In this document: positions 60,678-64,000 of the stretch, piece after piece
Layout of the letters: every line of letters begins with the position of its first letter
Numbering within the stretch: the stretch's first letter is position 1
Notes under the pieces: generated by a model
Databases searched by the model: none
Told to the model about the DNA's origin: nothing
The model's input: only the letters and a program-made list of their open reading frames with translations
Program-made: the position numbers and the translations under genes
Assembly (NCBI GenBank): GCA_963422395.1
Contig: OY729431.1
Span: 288,001 to 352,000 of the forward strand
Source of the DNA: Vicinamibacteria bacterium
GTDB taxonomy: Bacteria > Acidobacteriota > Vicinamibacteria > Marinacidobacterales > Marinacidobacteraceae
Direction: 5' to 3'
Length of the DNA stretch: 64,000 nt

Positions 60678-61368
60678 TGAGCAGCGCGATCAGCGCGCTC
60701 CTGCCGACAGTCCGCGCGGTGTAGGCGAACACGCTCGTTCCATCGGCAACCACGCGGAGTGTGCCGTCGTCCCCGAGGTCCGCAAGATCCGGTGTCCGCT
60801 TCCAGGCCAGCACATTGCCCCGCCCGATCGGCCCCTCGCTGTTGTGTTCGAGGATTCGTCCTTCGGTCTGGATCCGGATCTCGACCGCCGGCGGCGCATC
60901 CGTGCCGGTCGGACCGGTGGTCGGACCGCCGGGCGAGCCCGTCGGCACGGAGATTTTCATCGAAAGCTCGAAGCCGCCTTCGGCGGTACGCTGGAAGCGG
61001 CACTCGCGCCGGAGAAGCGGCGCCCCGCAGAGGGCGCTCGGCGAGTCGAAGGTCAACGCGCCCTCGATCCGGGAATCGCGCCGCTCCCGGGTCCGTTCCA
61101 CCGTCCGTCCGGGGCCCGAGAGCAGCTCCCGCATCGCGGCCTCCGCCCCCGCGCCCCCGAGATCGGGCACGAGGCGCGGAGCGGCCCGGATCACCGATTC
61201 CCCCGAGCCATCGAGCGAAAAACGGTGGTGTTCTTCCCAGTCGGCCGGGGAGCATCCCGACAGGGTGAGGAGCAGCAGCAGCGAGAAGCGCGCCGCCGAT
61301 CGGTTGCCTGCGTTCGGCTGGCGCCGGGACTCTCGGATTTTCGGCGTGGCTGCAGCTGCTGGCCGCAG
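60607..61368 (-). CDS. Hypothetical membrane-anchored lipoprotein
   Basis: Lipobox LLLLLTLSGC, then EEHHRFSLDGSG..GRILEHNS..GNVLAW and a C-terminal TM helix (SALIALLITAAGLWLVV) plus basic tail. No ATG/GTG nearby; CTG 61368 proposed. Confidence 0.6.
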   Translation of the reverse strand: MRPAAAATPKIRESRRQPNAGNRSAARFSLLLLLTLSGCSPADWEEHHRFSLDGSGESVIRAAPRLVPDLGGAGAEAAMRELLSGPGRTVERTRERRDSRIEGALTFDSPSALCGAPLLRRECRFQRTAEGGFELSMKISVPTGSPGGPTTGPTGTDAPPAVEIRIQTEGRILEHNSEGPIGRGNVLAWKRTPDLADLGDDGTLRVVADGTSVFAYTARTVGRSALIALLITAAGLWLVVAEGRRRLAREKGR

Positions 61369-61425
61369 CGTGCTCTCTTCGCTCGGTGCTCGGGTCGCCC
61401 CGTAGAATCGGAGCTGCTTCCCTCG

Positions 61426-64000
61426 ATGGCCGAAACGACGCTGCTGCTGGTGGATGGCAACAACCTGCTGTTCCGCTCTTTCTACGCCATGCCGCGGCTG
61501 ACCCGCTCGGACGGCCAGCCGAATGGCGCCCTGCACGGCTTCGCCGCCACCCTCAAGAAGATCCTCCGCGAGGAGGCGCCCCAGTTCGCCGCTGTCGCCT
61601 TCGACGCCCCCGGCCCCACTTTTCGTCACGAAGCGTTCTCGGAATACAAGGCGAACCGCCCCGAGATGCCCGCCGAGTTGGCGCGGCAGGTCCCTTTCAC
61701 TCGAGATCTTTCACGGGTGCTCGGGGTGGCGGTCCTCGAAGTCGCCGGCGTCGAGGCCGACGATGTCATCGGAACCCTCGCGCGCGCCGGGAGCGGCAGA
61801 GGGTACCGGGTGGTGATCGTCTCGGGGGACAAGGACCTGCTCCAGTTGGTGGACGACCGGGTCCTCGTCGTGCCCCCCGGTGATCCGGATGCCCGGCTCG
61901 ATACCGCCGCTGTCGAACGGAAATTGCAGGTGCCGCCCCGGATGGTGGCGGACTACCTGGGGCTGATCGGCGATGCGGTGGACAACATCCCCGGAGTCCC
62001 CGGGATCGGGCCCAAGACCGCCGCCGGCCTCATCGCCTCTTTCGGCGGGATCGAGGAAATCCTCGCCCGCACTGGAGAGATCGCCCGCAAGCGCATCGCG
62101 GCGCTCCTCGTCGAACACGCGGCCGCGGCGCGGATGTCCCGCGACCTCGCCGTCCTCCGGCTCGATGTCCCGGTAGCAGGCGCCGGGGAGGGGCTGGAAG
62201 GTCTTCGCTATCGGGGGCATCGAATCGAGGAGGCGCGCAGTTTCTTCGAGCAACACGAGCTTCGCACCCACGCGCGCGAACTGGCGCCGGCGGCGCCGGC
62301 GCGGCTGCCGCGGTCGATCCCCGCCGCCGGGGCGGCCGAAGCAGTGGCCCGCGTCGTCGCGGATGCGAGCGAAGGCGGCGCCCTCTCGCTGCACGCCGGG
62401 TTCGCCCCGCGCAAGGGCCGCGAGGCCGCGCCGCTCGCCGCCCTCGGACTCGCTTCTGCGGAAGCGGAGGGCGTGCTGGTGGCCGTCGGCCCCGAGACTT
62501 CGGAGAGCCGGGTGATCGAGGCCCTGGAGCCCGTGTTCACCGCCTCCGGAGGCCTCATCGGTCACGGCCTCGGGCCGCTCGTCCGCTGGTGGATCGAGCA
62601 CGGCGGCGAGGCGCCGCAGGTACGCCACGATTCGCAGATCGCGGCGTACCTGCTGAACACCACCCGTCGAGCGCAAGGGTTCGCCGAAGTTCTCCGGGAC
62701 TACACCGGCCTCGCATTTCCCGAATCGCCCTCGGGGCAGCAGAGGCTGTTCGGAGGAGCACCGCCCGCCGAGAGTCTGGCGATCTCGGCGGCGTGGCAGC
62801 ATACCCTGCGGGACGCTCTGGAGCCGCTGCTGGATCGCCAAGGATTGCGGCGGATCTTTTCGGATATCGAGATGCCGCTGCTGCCGATTCTCGCGGCGAT
62901 CGAAAGCCGCGGTATCTGTCTCGACGGCGGCGCGCTTCGCCGGCTCGGCAGCGATCTCGACCGGCGCCTTTCCGACCTGGCATCCCGGATCCACGAGTTG
63001 GCAGGCGCCCCCTTCGATATCCAGAGCCCGAAACAGCTCGGGGAGATCCTCTTCGACAAGCTGCAGCTGCCGCTGACCTCGAGAACCCGGAAGCTGCGGC
63101 AGGCATCGACCCGCGCCGCGGTTCTCGAAGAACTGGCCCTCCACCACGAAATGCCCCGCCTGGTGCTGGAGTACCGCGAGCTCGCCAAGTTGAAGAGCAC
63201 CTATGTGGACCCGCTGCCGGAACTGGTGTCGGAGACCACCGGCCGCTTGCACACCCGGCTCCATCAGGCGGTGGCCTCGACCGGACGCTTGTCGAGTTCC
63301 GATCCCAATCTGCAGAACATCCCGGTTCGCAGCGAACTGGGAAAGTGGGTGCGGTCCGCTTTCGTCGCCGCGCCGGGGAAGCGGCTCATCTCCGCGGACT
63401 ATTCTCAGATCGAGCTGCGCATCCTCGCGCACCTGAGCGGCGATCCGGCCCTCCTCGAGGCGTTCCGCCGCGGGGAAGACATCCACGCCCGTACCGCCGA
63501 GGAGGTCTTCGGCGGGTTAGGCCTGATCCCGGCCGAGGCCCGGAGGCGTGCCAAGATCGTCAACTTCTCGATCCTCTACGGAAAGACGGCGTTCACTCTG
63601 GCGAAGGAGATCGGCGTCTCGACCCGCGAAGCGCGGCAGTTCATCGAGGCGTATTTCGAGCGCTATTCCCGGGTCCGGGAACTGATCGAAACCATCAAGA
63701 GCGAGGCGCGGGAATCCGGCAGGGTCACCACCCTGTTCGGGAGACAACGGCACCTTCCCGAAATTCGCGCCACCCAGCGGGCGCGGCGCGAAGCGGCCGA
63801 GCGGATGGCGGTGAACGCTCCGATCCAGGGGGCTGCCGCCGATCTCATCAAGATCGCCATGCTCGGGGTGGAACGGACACTCGAGCCCACCTCGGGCGTA
63901 CTCCTGCTCCAGGTCCACGACGAACTCCTCGTCGAGGCCGACGCCGACGAAGCGGAAACGGTCGGCGAGCTCGTCCGCGCCGAGATGGAATCCGCCGCCG
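61426..64000 (+). CDS. polA: DNA polymerase I (3' end beyond the window)
   Basis: Manual translation from ATG 61426: LLLVDGNNLLFRSFYA, YKANRP, EADDVIGTL, SGDKDLLQL, GDAVDNIPGVPGIGPKTA, TGRLSSSDPNLQNIP, ADYSQIELRILAH, NAPIQGAAADLIK, QVHDEL; TAGAAT -10 at 61403. Confidence 0.97.
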   Translation, partial: MAETTLLLVDGNNLLFRSFYAMPRLTRSDGQPNGALHGFAATLKKILREEAPQFAAVAFDAPGPTFRHEAFSEYKANRPEMPAELARQVPFTRDLSRVLGVAVLEVAGVEADDVIGTLARAGSGRGYRVVIVSGDKDLLQLVDDRVLVVPPGDPDARLDTAAVERKLQVPPRMVADYLGLIGDAVDNIPGVPGIGPKTAAGLIASFGGIEEILARTGEIARKRIAALLVEHAAAARMSRDLAVLRLDVPVAGAGEGLEGLRYRGHRIEEARSFFEQHELRTHARELAPAAPARLPRSIPAAGAAEAVARVVADASEGGALSLHAGFAPRKGREAAPLAALGLASAEAEGVLVAVGPETSESRVIEALEPVFTASGGLIGHGLGPLVRWWIEHGGEAPQVRHDSQIAAYLLNTTRRAQGFAEVLRDYTGLAFPESPSGQQRLFGGAPPAESLAISAAWQHTLRDALEPLLDRQGLRRIFSDIEMPLLPILAAIESRGICLDGGALRRLGSDLDRRLSDLASRIHELAGAPFDIQSPKQLGEILFDKLQLPLTSRTRKLRQASTRAAVLEELALHHEMPRLVLEYRELAKLKSTYVDPLPELVSETTGRLHTRLHQAVASTGRLSSSDPNLQNIPVRSELGKWVRSAFVAAPGKRLISADYSQIELRILAHLSGDPALLEAFRRGEDIHARTAEEVFGGLGLIPAEARRRAKIVNFSILYGKTAFTLAKEIGVSTREARQFIEAYFERYSRVRELIETIKSEARESGRVTTLFGRQRHLPEIRATQRARREAAERMAVNAPIQGAAADLIKIAMLGVERTLEPTSGVLLLQVHDELLVEADADEAETVGELVRAEMESAA

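Noticed and set aside
61711-63486. 591-aa minus-strand ORF
   Set aside because: Antisense shadow of polA

Overview
High-GC bacterial chromosomal window, most likely an Acidobacteriota member. This rests on 16S signatures plus carboxypeptidase-regulatory-domain TonB receptors, CRTAC1/ASPIC-UnbV and TPR proteins. It holds one complete rrn operon (16S, tRNA-Ile, tRNA-Ala, 23S, 5S) directly after purM-purN-tyrS. It also has two TonB-dependent receptor loci surrounded by exported peptidases/amidohydrolases (M24, S10, amidase, M14, DUF1028, S9, M20), a PQQ dehydrogenase operon, selenium genes (FAD-oxidoreductase-SelD fusion, selA), an rpsU-purD-purE-selA-thiS-thiG-nth-LLM operon, an osmoprotectant ABC transporter and the 5' part of polA. 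Less ordinary observations: a ~196-bp MITE-like element with degenerate copies, one at the 5' end of selA, whose conserved N-terminus has no canonical start codon and lies downstream of an in-frame UGA; a 730-bp mosaic of alternating AlbA_2(Schlafen)/ParA gene fragments; probable CTG start codons; a frameshifted M20 peptidase; and several peptidases with non-canonical metal ligands. No CRISPR array, transposase or prophage was seen. All protein family calls come from motif recognition, not database searches.
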